Source: Chamaesiphon sp. | GTDB taxonomy: Bacteria > Cyanobacteriota > Cyanobacteriia > Cyanobacteriales > Chamaesiphonaceae | Reading direction: 5' to 3' | Assembly (NCBI GenBank): GCA_965246715.1 | Contig: CBDFFH010000039.1 | Location: forward strand, 32,001-96,000 | DNA: 64,000 bases | In this document: piece by piece, positions 10,169 through 20,797 of the stretch | Numbering within the stretch: position 1 is the stretch's first letter | How the letters are laid out: each line of letters begins with the position of its first letter | The notes under the pieces: generated by a model | The model's input: the letters and a program-made list of their open reading frames with translations, nothing else | Told to the model about the DNA's origin: nothing | Databases searched by the model: none | Made by a program: the position numbers and the translations under genes

Positions 10169-11206
10169 ATGAAAACCAGACAATATCTCAGTTTAGCGAT
10201 AGTTGCGCTCGCAGCTTCGATTATCATTAGTGCTTGTAACCAAAGCAGTACGACAACTACTCAGACTGGTACTACCACGGCAAATCCCCCCGCAGATGCA
10301 GCCACAACCGCAGCAACACATTCGGGCAGTCATGGTGGAGATAAGAAAATCAATATCAACAGTGCGATTTTATCAGAGCTAGATAAACTAGAAGCTAAAC
10401 TGGGAGTTCCCGCCTTATCTAATAAAATTCAAGCCGAACGTCCCTACAAAACTCCCGAAGATTTAGTCTCGAAAAAAGTTATCGATCGACAGCAATTCGA
10501 TAAAATCAAAGATTTGGTGACGATCGAAGATATCGTCTTAACGGGAGTAGCGAAAGATACGGACTATATGGTCAAGCTTGGACTGATGAAAGGACATCTA
10601 TTCGTAGCAAAAGAATTGCTCGATCTGAATAAGCCTAAAGATGCCGAACCGCATATCGGTCATCCAGTTGAAGAAATTTATACAGATGTAGCCGACCAAC
10701 TCAACGAGCGCAAAGTCAAAGAATTTAAAACCACCTTAATTACCTTGGAAGATTTAGTAAAAGCTGGGGCTAAAGATAATACCAAAGTTACAACTAACTT
10801 TAAGGCATCAATGCAGTCGATCGATGTGGCAATCGCTGCTTTACCTGAATCGCAACGTCAGTTACCCAGTTTTGTCCTCCAAGTAATTAATGGGTTGTTG
10901 GATACTGCGAACTCTGAATATAGTGCTGCAATTGCCGATGGCAAAATTAAAGCAGCAATTGAATATCAAGATTCTAGGGGCTTTATTACTTATGCCGATA
11001 TGTTATATCAAGGTATTGCCGCTAAAATGACCACAGATAGTCCCGAAGTTAATAAAATAATTACGGAAACTTTCAAGGAGTTAAAAACGGTTTGGCCGAC
11101 TGCGATCCCGCCAGCAGCTCCAGTCAAAACTCCTGCACAAGTAAGTCAATTAATTAAAAAGATCGAAGAAAGTTCGGTAAAAATAGTCGCTACTACTAAC
11201 AAATAA
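10169..11206 (+). CDS. Lipoprotein with helix-hairpin-helix domain and His/Glu-rich helical domain
   Basis: lipobox ISAC; KININSA..EL HhH; GHL, HIGHPVEEIY, EYQDSRGF. Confidence 0.7.
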   Translation: MKTRQYLSLAIVALAASIIISACNQSSTTTTQTGTTTANPPADAATTAATHSGSHGGDKKININSAILSELDKLEAKLGVPALSNKIQAERPYKTPEDLVSKKVIDRQQFDKIKDLVTIEDIVLTGVAKDTDYMVKLGLMKGHLFVAKELLDLNKPKDAEPHIGHPVEEIYTDVADQLNERKVKEFKTTLITLEDLVKAGAKDNTKVTTNFKASMQSIDVAIAALPESQRQLPSFVLQVINGLLDTANSEYSAAIADGKIKAAIEYQDSRGFITYADMLYQGIAAKMTTDSPEVNKIITETFKELKTVWPTAIPPAAPVKTPAQVSQLIKKIEESSVKIVATTNK

Positions 11207-11240
11207 TTAGATCGAGCTTATTAATCAAAGGAAATAAATC

Positions 11241-12185
11241 GTGGATTTTAGTTCTGCTTTACCAACATTTGTCATCACCCTCCGCGAAGGGGTCGAAGCC
11301 GCCCTTGTAGTGGGTATCGTCCTCGCCTGCTTGAAAAAAGCCAAACAGGGACATTTGAGCGTGTGGGTATATGCCGCGATCGCGGCGGGGATTGCTGCCA
11401 GTGGCATGGTGGGCGTATTGTTAGCACAAGCAAGCCAAGCCCTCGCCCAGTCGGATAATCCCTATGCAGCAACGCTAGAATTATTTCTGGAAGCGATCTT
11501 TGGGCTGGTGGCGATCGGGATGTTGAGTTGGATGTTAATCTGGATGACTGGGCAAGCCCGATTTATGAAGGCGCAGGTGGAAGGGGCGATTGGCAAAGCG
11601 ATGGCGACAAATGCTGGGTGGGGAGTATTTACGCTGGTATTTGTCGCGATTTTGCGAGAAGGATTTGAAACTGTCTTATTTATCGTTGCCAAATTTCAGC
11701 AAGGATTGATGCCCTCGCTCGGTTCGCTCGCCGGATTGTCAGTCGCAGCGGGGATCGGTGGATTGTTATTTAAGTGGGGGTTGAAAATTAATATCCGCCG
11801 CTTTTTTCAAATTATGGGTGTGCTACTCTTACTAATTGTATCGGGACTGGTAGTGTCGTCGTTAGGTCATTTTGATAGCGCGATCGCCACTGTCGCTGGA
11901 GCAGATCGGCAGTCCGCTGGCATGTGTTTTTTCCACGAGCGATTTACGAAAGTGCACTCCTGCAACCTGGGCGGATTAGTTTGGAATCTGAGCAAAGGTT
12001 TACCAGAAGATCGATTTCCGGGATTACTCTTGAGTGCGTTATTTGGTTACACTGACAAATTATATTTAGTGCCAGCAATAGCTTATCTGGGATTCTTAAT
12101 CTCGATCGGTGGAATCTATTTCCGCAGTCTCAATCCGCCACGAGTGACACAATTAGATACTACCGGATCGATGAAAACTAATTAA
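11241..12185 (+). CDS. FTR1-family iron permease
   Basis: two RExxE motifs (REGVE, REGFE). Confidence 0.92.
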   Translation: MDFSSALPTFVITLREGVEAALVVGIVLACLKKAKQGHLSVWVYAAIAAGIAASGMVGVLLAQASQALAQSDNPYAATLELFLEAIFGLVAIGMLSWMLIWMTGQARFMKAQVEGAIGKAMATNAGWGVFTLVFVAILREGFETVLFIVAKFQQGLMPSLGSLAGLSVAAGIGGLLFKWGLKINIRRFFQIMGVLLLLIVSGLVVSSLGHFDSAIATVAGADRQSAGMCFFHERFTKVHSCNLGGLVWNLSKGLPEDRFPGLLLSALFGYTDKLYLVPAIAYLGFLISIGGIYFRSLNPPRVTQLDTTGSMKTN

Positions 12186-12493
12186 CGGAGCATGGCATTA
12201 AGAATGCCGAGCAATTTACGAAGACAAGCAACCAAAGCTACTTTTCGAGGTTTACCACGTTGGAGCAACTGATGTTGGCGGCGAGTTACTAATGCTTGTA
12301 ACTCTCTGGTTTGAGCATCTGGCAATAAGGTTACTGGTGGTTTGAGACTTTGACCGAAATGAGCAATCATTTGGGCATCAATTTTGTCTGTTTTCGCCAG
12401 TTTACCTGCGGCTCTAGAAAAGTGCCGGATCTGGAGCGGATTGACTCGGCGAGTTTGATATCCAGCCGTTTCTAGTGCTGACATCACCGACAA
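12182..12493 (-). pseudogene. IS110-family transposase remnant, internally deleted
   Basis: VNP..IRHF...AKTDKIDA joined directly to the GKPRKVALVACLRKLL tail. Confidence 0.8.
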
Positions 12494-12545
12494 TTAAATG
12501 GGTTCCTGTTTCAATCAGCAGCACTAATCTCGCTTTGGGGAAAGC
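12488..12545 (-). pseudogene. IS4-family transposase sliver
   Basis: AFPKARLVLLIETGTHLI resembles cyanobacterial IS4 transposases. Confidence 0.45.
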
Positions 12546-12732
12546 CCATGTCAGTGCCTGGTTTTGTTCCTGGACAACCAAATACTCTGGCGTTGGCTGC
12601 GCTATCTGGCACGTCCAATACTGTTCCATCTATCGATCGGCTGGTTGCCAACTCAAAATAACTATAATTTAGAGTATCGCAATAATTTTGACGCTCTAAG
12701 TTTTTAATAAAATTATTTCACATCAAACTAAA

Positions 12733-12779
12733 GAGCTAATAATAAAGCTTGCAAATTTTGCAAGCTTTATTATTAGCTC
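12733..12779. terminator. Long near-perfect palindrome
   Basis: gagctaataataaagcttgcaaa-t-tttgcaagctttattattagctc. Confidence 0.6.
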
Positions 12780-12879
12780 CGATGGCGATGCTCCAGCAGA
12801 GCAAGCCTGCGAACGAAAACTCTTCAAACAACTATTAACGATAAACTTGTCAACTATCGATAATTCAAACACGATCTAA

Positions 12880-13197
12880 TTATTTATTGGCATATTGCAA
12901 CTCGAGCAGCATTATGGGGGGAAACAAAGCAGGCGGCTCGTCTCCTCCTACAATCAGTTGTTGACAAGGGATTTTATCTGATAAAATAGAACTAGCCATC
13001 ATGCCAGTATGAATTTCTAAATAACCGTGACTGGGCGCTTCAAATATCAGTCGTTGTCCGGGAAAAACGACCCGTTCAAAGTACCAATTGTGGATATTGG
13101 TAATCCGAGCGATTTGAATCTGACTGGTACTATTGACATAGCAGCAGCAAATATCTTCCACATGGTCTTGGGGTAATGGATCTAGATTGTTAGGCAT
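12880..13197 (-). CDS. DUF1830 family protein
   Basis: CCYVNSTSQIQIARI...YFERVVFPGQRLIFEAP. Confidence 0.85.
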   Translation of the reverse strand: MPNNLDPLPQDHVEDICCCYVNSTSQIQIARITNIHNWYFERVVFPGQRLIFEAPSHGYLEIHTGMMASSILSDKIPCQQLIVGGDEPPALFPPIMLLELQYANK

Positions 13198-13494
13198 AGG
13201 AGTAGTTTCGCCTGGGTCTCTGCAAAAGATGGGGATCTATCTTCAAAGTAACATTCTCATTTATAGAGAAGCTGTAAACTCGACTACTTTTTACATTTGC
13301 AGGGGATCGCAGGAAAATGTCGATCCAATCTCAATTTGAGCCTACCTTTCCCTTGTGATTTTGTGTAAAGTTATATTAAAGGTATTAATAAACTTTATAA
13401 AGATGAATTTTGGCACGGCGTGACAAACCATCACGGATGAGGGCGATAGCTTCACTCATAACGACGATCGACATCCTATATATACTTCTTAAAT

Positions 13495-15057
13495 ATGGCT
13501 ACCACCAAGATTCTCTACTGTCGCCTACCCTGCAATCCAATTTTTCCGATCGGGGTAGTATATTTAGCGGATCACATCCATAAGCAGTTTCCCACTGTCG
13601 AACAGCGGATTTTTGATGTGGGTGCTGTACCGCCGCTCGATTATGGTAGCGCGTTGGATAACGCGATCGATGAGTTTCAGCCAGACTTGTTAGTCTATTC
13701 CTGGCGCGACATTCAGATCTACGCACCAGTCGGCGGACGCGGCGGCAATCCCCTGCAAAACTCCTTTGAAGTTTTCTACGATCGCAACCCTCTCAAGAAG
13801 CTACGTGGTGCGCTCGGTGGGGCGCGGATGCTCGCCAGTCACTACACCGAACTGTGGCGGAATATGTCACTGATTAAGCGGGGACTAAGACGGGCGCAGC
13901 GATCCAACCCTACCGCGCGCTTAGTCGTCGGTGGAGGGGCGGTGAGTGTATTTTACGAACAACTAGCTAAGAGTTTACCAAAAGGGGCGATCGTGTCGAT
14001 CGGCGAAGGCGAAGCGTTATTGGAGAAGATGATTCGGGGTGCCGATCTCACCAGCGAACGCTGCTATATCGTCGGCGAAGCACCACGCAAGGGATTGGTA
14101 CACGAACCACCAGCCCCGATCGAAAAGACGGCGTGCAACTACGATTATATCGAGACAATCTGGCCAGAATTTAGCTACTACCTCCAAGATCGAGATTTTT
14201 ATATCGGCGTGCAAACCAAACGCGGTTGTCCCCACAACTGCTGCTACTGCGTCTATACAGTAATTGAAGGGAAACAGGTGCGGATCAATCCAGCCGATGA
14301 AGTCGTCGCCGAAATGCGCCAGCTTTACGATCGCGGGATTCGGAATTTTTGGTTTACCGACGCACAGTTTATCCCCGCGCGGCGCTACATCGAAGATGCG
14401 ATTGAGTTATTACAAAAGATCGTCGATAGTGGGATGGAGGATATTAAATGGGCAGCCTATATTCGGGCTGACAATCTCACTCCCGAATTGTGTAAATTGA
14501 TGGTAAAAACGGGGATGAATTATTTTGAGATCGGCATTACTAGCGGTTCTCAAGAACTAGTTCGCAAAATGCGGATGGGCTACAATCTCCGTACAGTTCT
14601 CCAAAACTGTCGCGATCTCAAGGCAGCAGGATTTGAAGATCTGGTGTCGATCAATTATTCGTTCAATGTGATCGACGAACGCTTTGAAACCATCCGCCAA
14701 ACGATCGCCTATCACCGCGAAATGGAGAAGATTTTTGGCGCGGATAAAGTCGAGCCGGCGATTTTCTTTATTGGGTTGCAACCACATACGCATTTGGAGG
14801 AATATGCGTTTAAAAATAATGTGATTAAACCGGGATACAATCCGATGAGTCACATGCCGTGGGTAGCGAAAAAGTTGCTCTGGAATCCCGAACCTCTAGG
14901 TTCGTTCTTTGGTGAAGTCTGTCTCCAAGCTTTCCGGGACAATCCCAATGATTTTGGGCGAGAAGTGATGAATATTCTCGAAGCAAGACTGGGTAAATCA
15001 GAGTTAGAAGCAGCTTTAACCGCACCTGTAGAAGTGAAGGAGTTAGCGAAGGTTTAG
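13495..15057 (+). CDS. Radical SAM protein (PSII high-light acclimation family)
   Basis: CPHNCCYC; N-terminal RLPCNPIFPIGVVYL. Confidence 0.88.
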   Translation: MATTKILYCRLPCNPIFPIGVVYLADHIHKQFPTVEQRIFDVGAVPPLDYGSALDNAIDEFQPDLLVYSWRDIQIYAPVGGRGGNPLQNSFEVFYDRNPLKKLRGALGGARMLASHYTELWRNMSLIKRGLRRAQRSNPTARLVVGGGAVSVFYEQLAKSLPKGAIVSIGEGEALLEKMIRGADLTSERCYIVGEAPRKGLVHEPPAPIEKTACNYDYIETIWPEFSYYLQDRDFYIGVQTKRGCPHNCCYCVYTVIEGKQVRINPADEVVAEMRQLYDRGIRNFWFTDAQFIPARRYIEDAIELLQKIVDSGMEDIKWAAYIRADNLTPELCKLMVKTGMNYFEIGITSGSQELVRKMRMGYNLRTVLQNCRDLKAAGFEDLVSINYSFNVIDERFETIRQTIAYHREMEKIFGADKVEPAIFFIGLQPHTHLEEYAFKNNVIKPGYNPMSHMPWVAKKLLWNPEPLGSFFGEVCLQAFRDNPNDFGREVMNILEARLGKSELEAALTAPVEVKELAKV

Positions 15058-15103
15058 CAACTAGCTATGTTGACGAACTCGATCGCTACATCCCCCTTAA
15101 ATA

Positions 15104-15365
15104 ACGTGAGTTCGGGATAAGGAAAATCGATCTGCTTCGCTCAATCACCGCCCTGAACTATAAGTTCGGGCTAAAAGCAAAAGTTCTCTGAAGAGAACTG
15201 CCAAATCAGTCATTTCGTTGAAACGAACTTTTGCTTTTAGTCCCTGCTTGGTGCAACACATGCGGAGGGAACCTCCGCCTGAAAAGCATCCGCAAATTTA
15301 TTTGAGGGCGGTTCACAAACGAAGCTAGGAGTCATTAAGCAAACATCCTTAACCCGAACTCACGT
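15104..15365. mobile_element. MITE, TIR ACGTGAGTTCGGG(A/T)TAAG, carrying REP-like cargo
   Basis: inverted ends; flanking duplication taaata; homologous to 57676-57885 and 61837-62131. Confidence 0.85.
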
Positions 15366-15466
15366 TAAATAGCAGAGATCTGAGGGTACCCACAAGGGGC
15401 ACCCCTTGTGGGTACCCTGGGTCTACTTTCCGATCGAGAAATATTTAGATTCCACCGAGTACATTC

Positions 15467-16240
15467 ATGCCGACAGTCCGCCAGTTATTGCAATTTAAAG
15501 CTCATGGTAAAAAGATCGTCGCGCTGACAGCATGGGATTTTGCGTTTGCGGAAATACTCGATCGAGCGGGAGTGGATCTGATCTTAGTGGGCGATTCTCT
15601 GGCGATGGTAGCGTTGGGATATGAGAATACCTTGCCGCTAACTCTAGATGAAATTATCCATCATGCCAAAGCTGTCAAACGCGGAGTCAAACAGGCGCTA
15701 ATCGTCGTCGATCTGCCATTTCTAAGCTATCAAACTAGTGTTGAGGTCGCGATCGCCTCCGCTGGGAGGATTCTCAAGGAGACAGGCGCACAAGCCGTCA
15801 AGGTTGAAGGCGGACATCCGACGATGGTGCAGACTGTGCAACGATTGGTGGAGATTGGCATTCCCGTAATGGGACATATCGGGTTGACACCCCAATCAGT
15901 GCATCAATTGGGCTATCGCCAACAAGGACAAACGGAAACCGATCGCGAACGCTTAGTAATAGAGGCAGTAGCACTAGAACGTGCGGGATCATTTAGTATC
16001 GTGTTAGAGCATATCCCCGCCGATTTAGCGAAGTCGATTACCGCTAAAATCGCGATTCCAACGATCGGGATCGGTGCGGGTGTAGACTGCGATGGACAAG
16101 TCTTAGTAACGGCAGATTTATTGGGACTAACCGAGAAACAGCCGCCGTTTGCTAAGGCTTATGTCGATTTACGCACGACGATCGCGCAAGCGGTGCAAGA
16201 TTATAGTAATGATGTAAGGCTAACAGTGGATAGTGAATAG
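15467..16240 (+). CDS. panB: 3-methyl-2-oxobutanoate hydroxymethyltransferase
   Basis: [27 protein letters not shown]. Confidence 0.96.
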   Translation: MPTVRQLLQFKAHGKKIVALTAWDFAFAEILDRAGVDLILVGDSLAMVALGYENTLPLTLDEIIHHAKAVKRGVKQALIVVDLPFLSYQTSVEVAIASAGRILKETGAQAVKVEGGHPTMVQTVQRLVEIGIPVMGHIGLTPQSVHQLGYRQQGQTETDRERLVIEAVALERAGSFSIVLEHIPADLAKSITAKIAIPTIGIGAGVDCDGQVLVTADLLGLTEKQPPFAKAYVDLRTTIAQAVQDYSNDVRLTVDSE

Positions 16241-16266
16241 TGAATAGTGGCAACAATCCAAAATCC

Positions 16267-16317
16267 GGTCTTGACTGAAACACATGCGGAGGTAACCTCC
16301 GCGTGATTTCAGTCGCC
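16267..16317. repeat. 51-bp palindromic small element at the eda 5' end
   Basis: gactgaaacacatgcggagg-taa-cctccgcgtgatttcagtc flanked by aaatcc on both sides. Confidence 0.75.
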
Positions 16318-16986
16318 AAATCCAAAATCCAAAATAATTCCACTAACAACTGGTTGAATCTAGTACGTACAGAACGGGTAATTGCCGTAATTCGTGCTGA
16401 CGATCTGCGAGTGGGATGCAAGATGGCACAAGCTGTAGCTGCTGGTGGGATAAAATTAATCGAAATTACGGCCAATAGCGATCGACCGTGGGAATTAATT
16501 GAATTGTTGCGGACAGAATTGCCGGATTGCTCGATCGGGACTGGGACGATCTTGAGTTTAGATGAACTGCGAAATGCGATCGCTTGTGGCGCTGAATACG
16601 CCTTCTCGCCACATGTCGATCGGAGTTTAATTGATACTGCGATCGATGCCGAACTCCCGATCGTTCCTGGAGCACTAACCCCGACTGAAATTATCACCGC
16701 TTGGCAATCTGGCGCAACGGCTGTTAAAGTATTTCCGATTCAATCCGTCGGTGGTGTTAGTTATTTGCAGGTGTTACAAGGGCCGATCGGCCAGATTCCG
16801 CTAATTCCCACTGGTGGAGTTAGTGTAGCAAATGCGCCAGATTTTTTGGTAGCTGGTGCTGTAGCCGTGGGATTAGCTGGATCGTTGTTTCCTCAAGATG
16901 AGTTGAGGCGCGAAGATTGGTACAGTATTTCTAATAGAGCCAGTCAATTAATGTCGAGACTGCGTATCGCTCGTTCTGGATCTTAA
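16303..16986 (+). CDS. eda: KHG/KDPG aldolase
   Basis: IEIT, GTGTI, PGALTPTEI, VKVFP, IPTGGV. Confidence 0.92.
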   Translation: MISVAKSKIQNNSTNNWLNLVRTERVIAVIRADDLRVGCKMAQAVAAGGIKLIEITANSDRPWELIELLRTELPDCSIGTGTILSLDELRNAIACGAEYAFSPHVDRSLIDTAIDAELPIVPGALTPTEIITAWQSGATAVKVFPIQSVGGVSYLQVLQGPIGQIPLIPTGGVSVANAPDFLVAGAVAVGLAGSLFPQDELRREDWYSISNRASQLMSRLRIARSGS

Positions 16987-17071
16987 TGTGGGTAGCCGCA
17001 TAAACTACCCAATATTTTTTAGCCTTAGGCTAAAATTTGCTAGATGGGCACTGCCCAGCCAAATAACTAGC

Positions 17072-17248
17072 TTAAATAAGATTACAGCGTTCGCAAACTA
17101 CAGCAAAGATTGTAACGATCGCGGTAATACCGATCGCAATTGCTGGATGCTGTCCTTGGGCGATCGCAAACGATGTTACAACACCTGCGCCGATTGCTGC
17201 TGGTATGGCTACTTCGAGCAAGGAACGTTCTGATTTATTTCTATACAT
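17072..17248 (-). CDS. Small membrane protein, hypothetical
   Basis: 58 aa with two hydrophobic segments from ATG 17248. Confidence 0.5.
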   Translation of the reverse strand: MYRNKSERSLLEVAIPAAIGAGVVTSFAIAQGQHPAIAIGITAIVTIFAVVCERCNLI

Positions 17249-18043
17249 AAATTTAACAATTTGCGTGGTTAAATGTAAGCTGAGAGCGGTGTTAAATACA
17301 TTTACTCCGCAGCTTATCACTCTGTTTGACTATTGCCTATCCGAACTATGAGATCTTGCAATTAATATTGATAGTTAGCTATGATTCTTAATAAGTTTGA
17401 GACAATCTGTAAAGTTTTTTATAGATATATTTCTACAGATTTTGGCACTACACAGCTAGAGGGTGACGTGTTTAAAGTCACTATTAGAAAGCAATTCGAG
17501 CATCGTGACCATACGATCGATTTAATTTGCTCAGTCCCCTTTTGCTTCGATCCAATCCCGATCTGGAATACCCGATCGATCGACCTGAGCCAAAATCTCA
17601 TCTGTAGTATCGGGGCTAGAATTCCAGTGCTTGTCCCAGCTTTACTGCTCGAGCGATTTGCACCGAGGGCGTGAGTTTGTTGCAATCTGGGCGCTCTTCT
17701 AGCCGATCGACGATGGCTGTCGGTGGAGGTCTTTATCGGGAGATTGTTCGACCTGACAAACGGTTCATATTTACTGCCAAGATTGAAAGCAAAATCTGTC
17801 GATCGACAGATATTTTTACTAGATAGCTGATTGTAAATTTTAATTATTAGCGTTGCGGAAAGATAGCAAAATGTCGATCTAAGACATTCGAGCGGGCTAA
17901 TCGATGCGATCGCATCGCTCGTCGCAATAGTTATTGGGGCTGGGATATTTGAAACAGCGAATCTGCTGTCTTACAAGTATGAGGAATTGGCGTAGTCGTC
18001 GTGTCGCTGAGTATTTCCTTTGTGCAAAAGCATTGCCAGCAGC

Positions 18044-18404
18044 GTAGAAGTTCACAGGGCTAACGGAGAAGAGAAGGTGGAATTTCACCAGAACGAGCAG
18101 CAGAGATAGATTCAACCAGAAAATCCAGAATATTACGTTCTTGTAGATTTAGGGAACAGACAACAGTGAGTAGACCAGACACAAATTCACTACCAGCAGC
18201 AGAATCAGAGCCAAAGCTAGTACGCCGCCACATGAGAGCAGGACGAATGGCTCTCTCCGCTGCATTATTAGTCGGCTCTACTCCCTCTTCACGCACAAAT
18301 AGCCACAAAGCAACTTCCAGCTTCAATAAATTACGGCACGTCCGCACAGTTTTAGCTAGGGGTGTTTTTTCGCGAGCGCCAATCTCGAGCGCGGCGGCTT
18401 CCAA
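18044..18404 (-). pseudogene. IS66-family transposase C-terminal fragment with probable IS end
   Basis: VEPTNNAAERAIRP...RRTSFGSDS. Confidence 0.85.
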
Positions 18405-18600
18405 GATGTAAAGCCCATTTCACTGCCAAAAGCCTCTTCCTGAATCTGATTGTCGATCGATAGCTGATGAAATTTTTATCGATCGGTTGGTGCTCTGGCA
18501 CCTTTCGGGATTAGGGTGACTGGTATAATAGACACGAGCAGACATCACTCTAAGCTGTTGCTTAGTGCCCATATTTTAGGATGCTAATCTCAAAAGATCG

Positions 18601-19080
18601 ATGACAATAGCAATCGATCGATTACAAATACAAGTCATTTATACTCACGCAGCAGCAGTCTACCCAGAGGAATGCTGCGGGATATTACTCGGTCGACAGA
18701 TTGGCGATCGCAAGATTGTCACTGAAGCGATCTCGACGATTAATGGATGGGACAACGCGCTGGTTAGTGAAGATTTCAAGACAAATGACGATCTCGATCG
18801 CACTAAACACAGTCGCTATATCATTCCCCCTCACGCTATTTTTCAAGCTCAAAAACGCGCTAGACAGTTACAACTAGAAATCGTGGGTTTCTTTCACTCG
18901 CATCCAGATACTCTGGCTATTCCTTCTAATTGCGATCGCGAGCGAGCTTGGGAGGTATATTCTTACCCGATTGTTTCAGTAATTCGTGGCAAAGTAACGG
19001 AGATTAAAAGTTGGGTATTAGATCGTAATGGCATATTTCAGCCAGAAGAGATCGAGTTAGTCGATACATTGGTGAATTGA
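18601..19080 (+). CDS. Mov34/MPN/JAB (M67) metallopeptidase
   Basis: YPEECCG, FFHSHPD...PS..D JAMM motif. Confidence 0.9.
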   Translation: MTIAIDRLQIQVIYTHAAAVYPEECCGILLGRQIGDRKIVTEAISTINGWDNALVSEDFKTNDDLDRTKHSRYIIPPHAIFQAQKRARQLQLEIVGFFHSHPDTLAIPSNCDRERAWEVYSYPIVSVIRGKVTEIKSWVLDRNGIFQPEEIELVDTLVN

Positions 19081-19091
19081 GCCAGTAGTTA

Positions 19092-19238
19092 ATTTCAGTT
19101 CGGGATAAGAATAGCTTAAAGACTGAAAGTCTCCGCTGGTGATGCAGAGTCTGCGTAGGCGGACTTCGTATCGTTAGCCCCGATTGAAATCGGCGGCGTT
19201 ACTAGAACGAAGCCAATATCCTTAACCCGAACTGACGT
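19092..19238. mobile_element. MITE, same TIR family, different REP-like cargo
   Basis: tcagttcgggataag ... cttaacccgaactgacgt; flanking duplication tagtta. Confidence 0.75.
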
Positions 19239-19257
19239 TAGTTAGTACTAGTTGCCC

Positions 19258-19725
19258 CTAATGCAAGTTCTGGAGATCGGCTCTTACCTGCATCAAAATC
19301 CGTCCGAGATAATTGACCCCAGTGCGCTCGCTGCCGCACCCCCAAAAGTAATCTACCGGCGAATCTTCGATTATTTCAGCATCGATCGTATCGAGGAGAA
19401 TCTGCTGAATATCTAGATGAGTGCGGAATTTCTGAAGGATCGCACCATACATTAATTCGCATTTACAGAGATCCCAAGTTGGGTGAGGTGGATGTTGGGG
19501 ATCGCGGCCGATTTTAGCGGCAAGCTCGGGAGTTGGTGCAGCGTGGATCCGCTCCATCAATTCTTCCCACTCCGTTCCCAGAAACTTATGTGCCTGATAA
19601 TAGTGCTCGACTGTCGGCCATTTACGCCCTGCTAACTCGATCGGGTGTGGCGAAAAGTTAGAAAAGCAGCCATACGGCGCATTAACTTTATAAAAGTAAA
19701 TTTTAATGGGGATGGCTTCGCTCAC
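19258..19725 (-). CDS. NADAR (YbiA-like) family protein
   Basis: FSNFS, WPTVEHYYQAHKF, EDSPVDYFWG, NYLGRILM. Confidence 0.92.
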   Translation of the reverse strand: MSEAIPIKIYFYKVNAPYGCFSNFSPHPIELAGRKWPTVEHYYQAHKFLGTEWEELMERIHAAPTPELAAKIGRDPQHPPHPTWDLCKCELMYGAILQKFRTHLDIQQILLDTIDAEIIEDSPVDYFWGCGSERTGVNYLGRILMQVRADLQNLH

Positions 19726-19901
19726 AGTCGATCTTTGACACTATCTCTCTAGCAAATAGCATAACTCATCCTTTCGATCTGATTCGGCGGTAAGCACTAA
19801 ACTCCGTCGGATGAAGGAGATCGAGACTTCCCGAGTAACCCGATTGACAGTCCGATCGTTTGAGTCCATAATTATTTATAACAAACGTTCGATATCTATA
19901 A

Positions 19902-20114
19902 ATGCCCAAGATCGTCGATCGCGAACGATACCGCAAACAACTACTCCAACAGAGTTTCGAGCTATTTGCTGAGATTGGTTATGGCAATATTACCATGCGA
20001 CAACTCGCCCAAAAATTAGCAGTATCGACGGGTACCCTCTACCACTATTTCCCCAGCAAAGAGGCAATGTTTTTGCAGCTAGTACTGAGCGGCTTAAATA
20101 GAGATACTGTTTAA
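19902..20114 (+). pseudogene. Truncated TetR-family regulator (HTH only)
   Basis: GTLYHYFPSKE; homology appears to end at the 20079 inverted repeat. Confidence 0.8.
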
Positions 20115-20129
20115 GCCGCTCAGTACTAG
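20079..20129. mobile_element. Minimal IS-end hairpin (IS701-like ends, CTAG flanks)
   Basis: ctagtactgagcggcttaaa-N11-tttaagccgctcagtactag perfect 20-bp IR. Confidence 0.55.
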
Positions 20130-20208
20130 GCGATGGCGATCTTGGTTGGATCGATCGCGGGGTTACTCAAGGGTAAAAAACAGGGTAAAAGGTGGTTTCG
20201 GGCAAAGT

Positions 20209-20559
20209 CTACAGCTTTGTAACTGTCGGTAAGATCGGAAATAGGTATTTAACAAAAATCACTAGGATTGCGGCTAGTACCGCCAACGCAGAACCACGGA
20301 AGATAAATCCCCAAAATCCGAGTTTTGTCCTCTCTTCATATTTAGCATCCACCTTGTCGATTTTCCCCTCGATCTTGGCTTCGACTGTATTAATCTGTCC
20401 CTCGACCTTGGTAAACCCAACCCGCATCTCTTCTCGCAGATCGGCGATCTGTTTCTGGGTGCTAATAGCTAGGTCTGCTATCTGCTTTTGTGTCACTAAA
20501 TTCCCAGCCGCGATTAAATCTTTAATTTCTCTGAGGTCGATGTCGGTTGCTTGGGTCAT
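20209..20559 (-). CDS. Coiled-coil protein with C-terminal membrane anchor, hypothetical
   Basis: duplicated TQKQIADL, heptad pattern, hydrophobic tail. Confidence 0.6.
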   Translation of the reverse strand: MTQATDIDLREIKDLIAAGNLVTQKQIADLAISTQKQIADLREEMRVGFTKVEGQINTVEAKIEGKIDKVDAKYEERTKLGFWGFIFRGSALAVLAAILVIFVKYLFPILPTVTKL

Positions 20560-20797
20560 AATATTAGTAATTAACTTTGTTGATATCGATCGCGCTGCTA
20601 GTAACAGTCTTTCGATCGAAATAACCCTCGCCTTCACTGGTGGGGGTTATTTCGATTATAATGCGCGTTACCGTCCGGATAAGGTAAATCACTCCCCATC
20701 TCATCGATAATTGTTGATGTTGTCCTTCGACCCAATTATTTACGAGTACGTATCATATAATAATCACAAAACTACTCACTAGTTACTAGCCACTAAT

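Noticed and set aside
13274..13287. GTA-N8-TAC possible NtcA box
   Set aside because: Short motif expected by chance; no supporting promoter spacing established
17381..18115. Several 70-100 aa ORFs on both strands
   Set aside because: Overlapping, motif-free; probably non-coding or unrecognisable debris
18601..19725. JAB + NADAR as a defence system (CBASS/DarT-like)
   Set aside because: Convergent genes with no cyclase, E1/E2 or ADP-ribosyltransferase nearby; both look like ordinary stand-alone families
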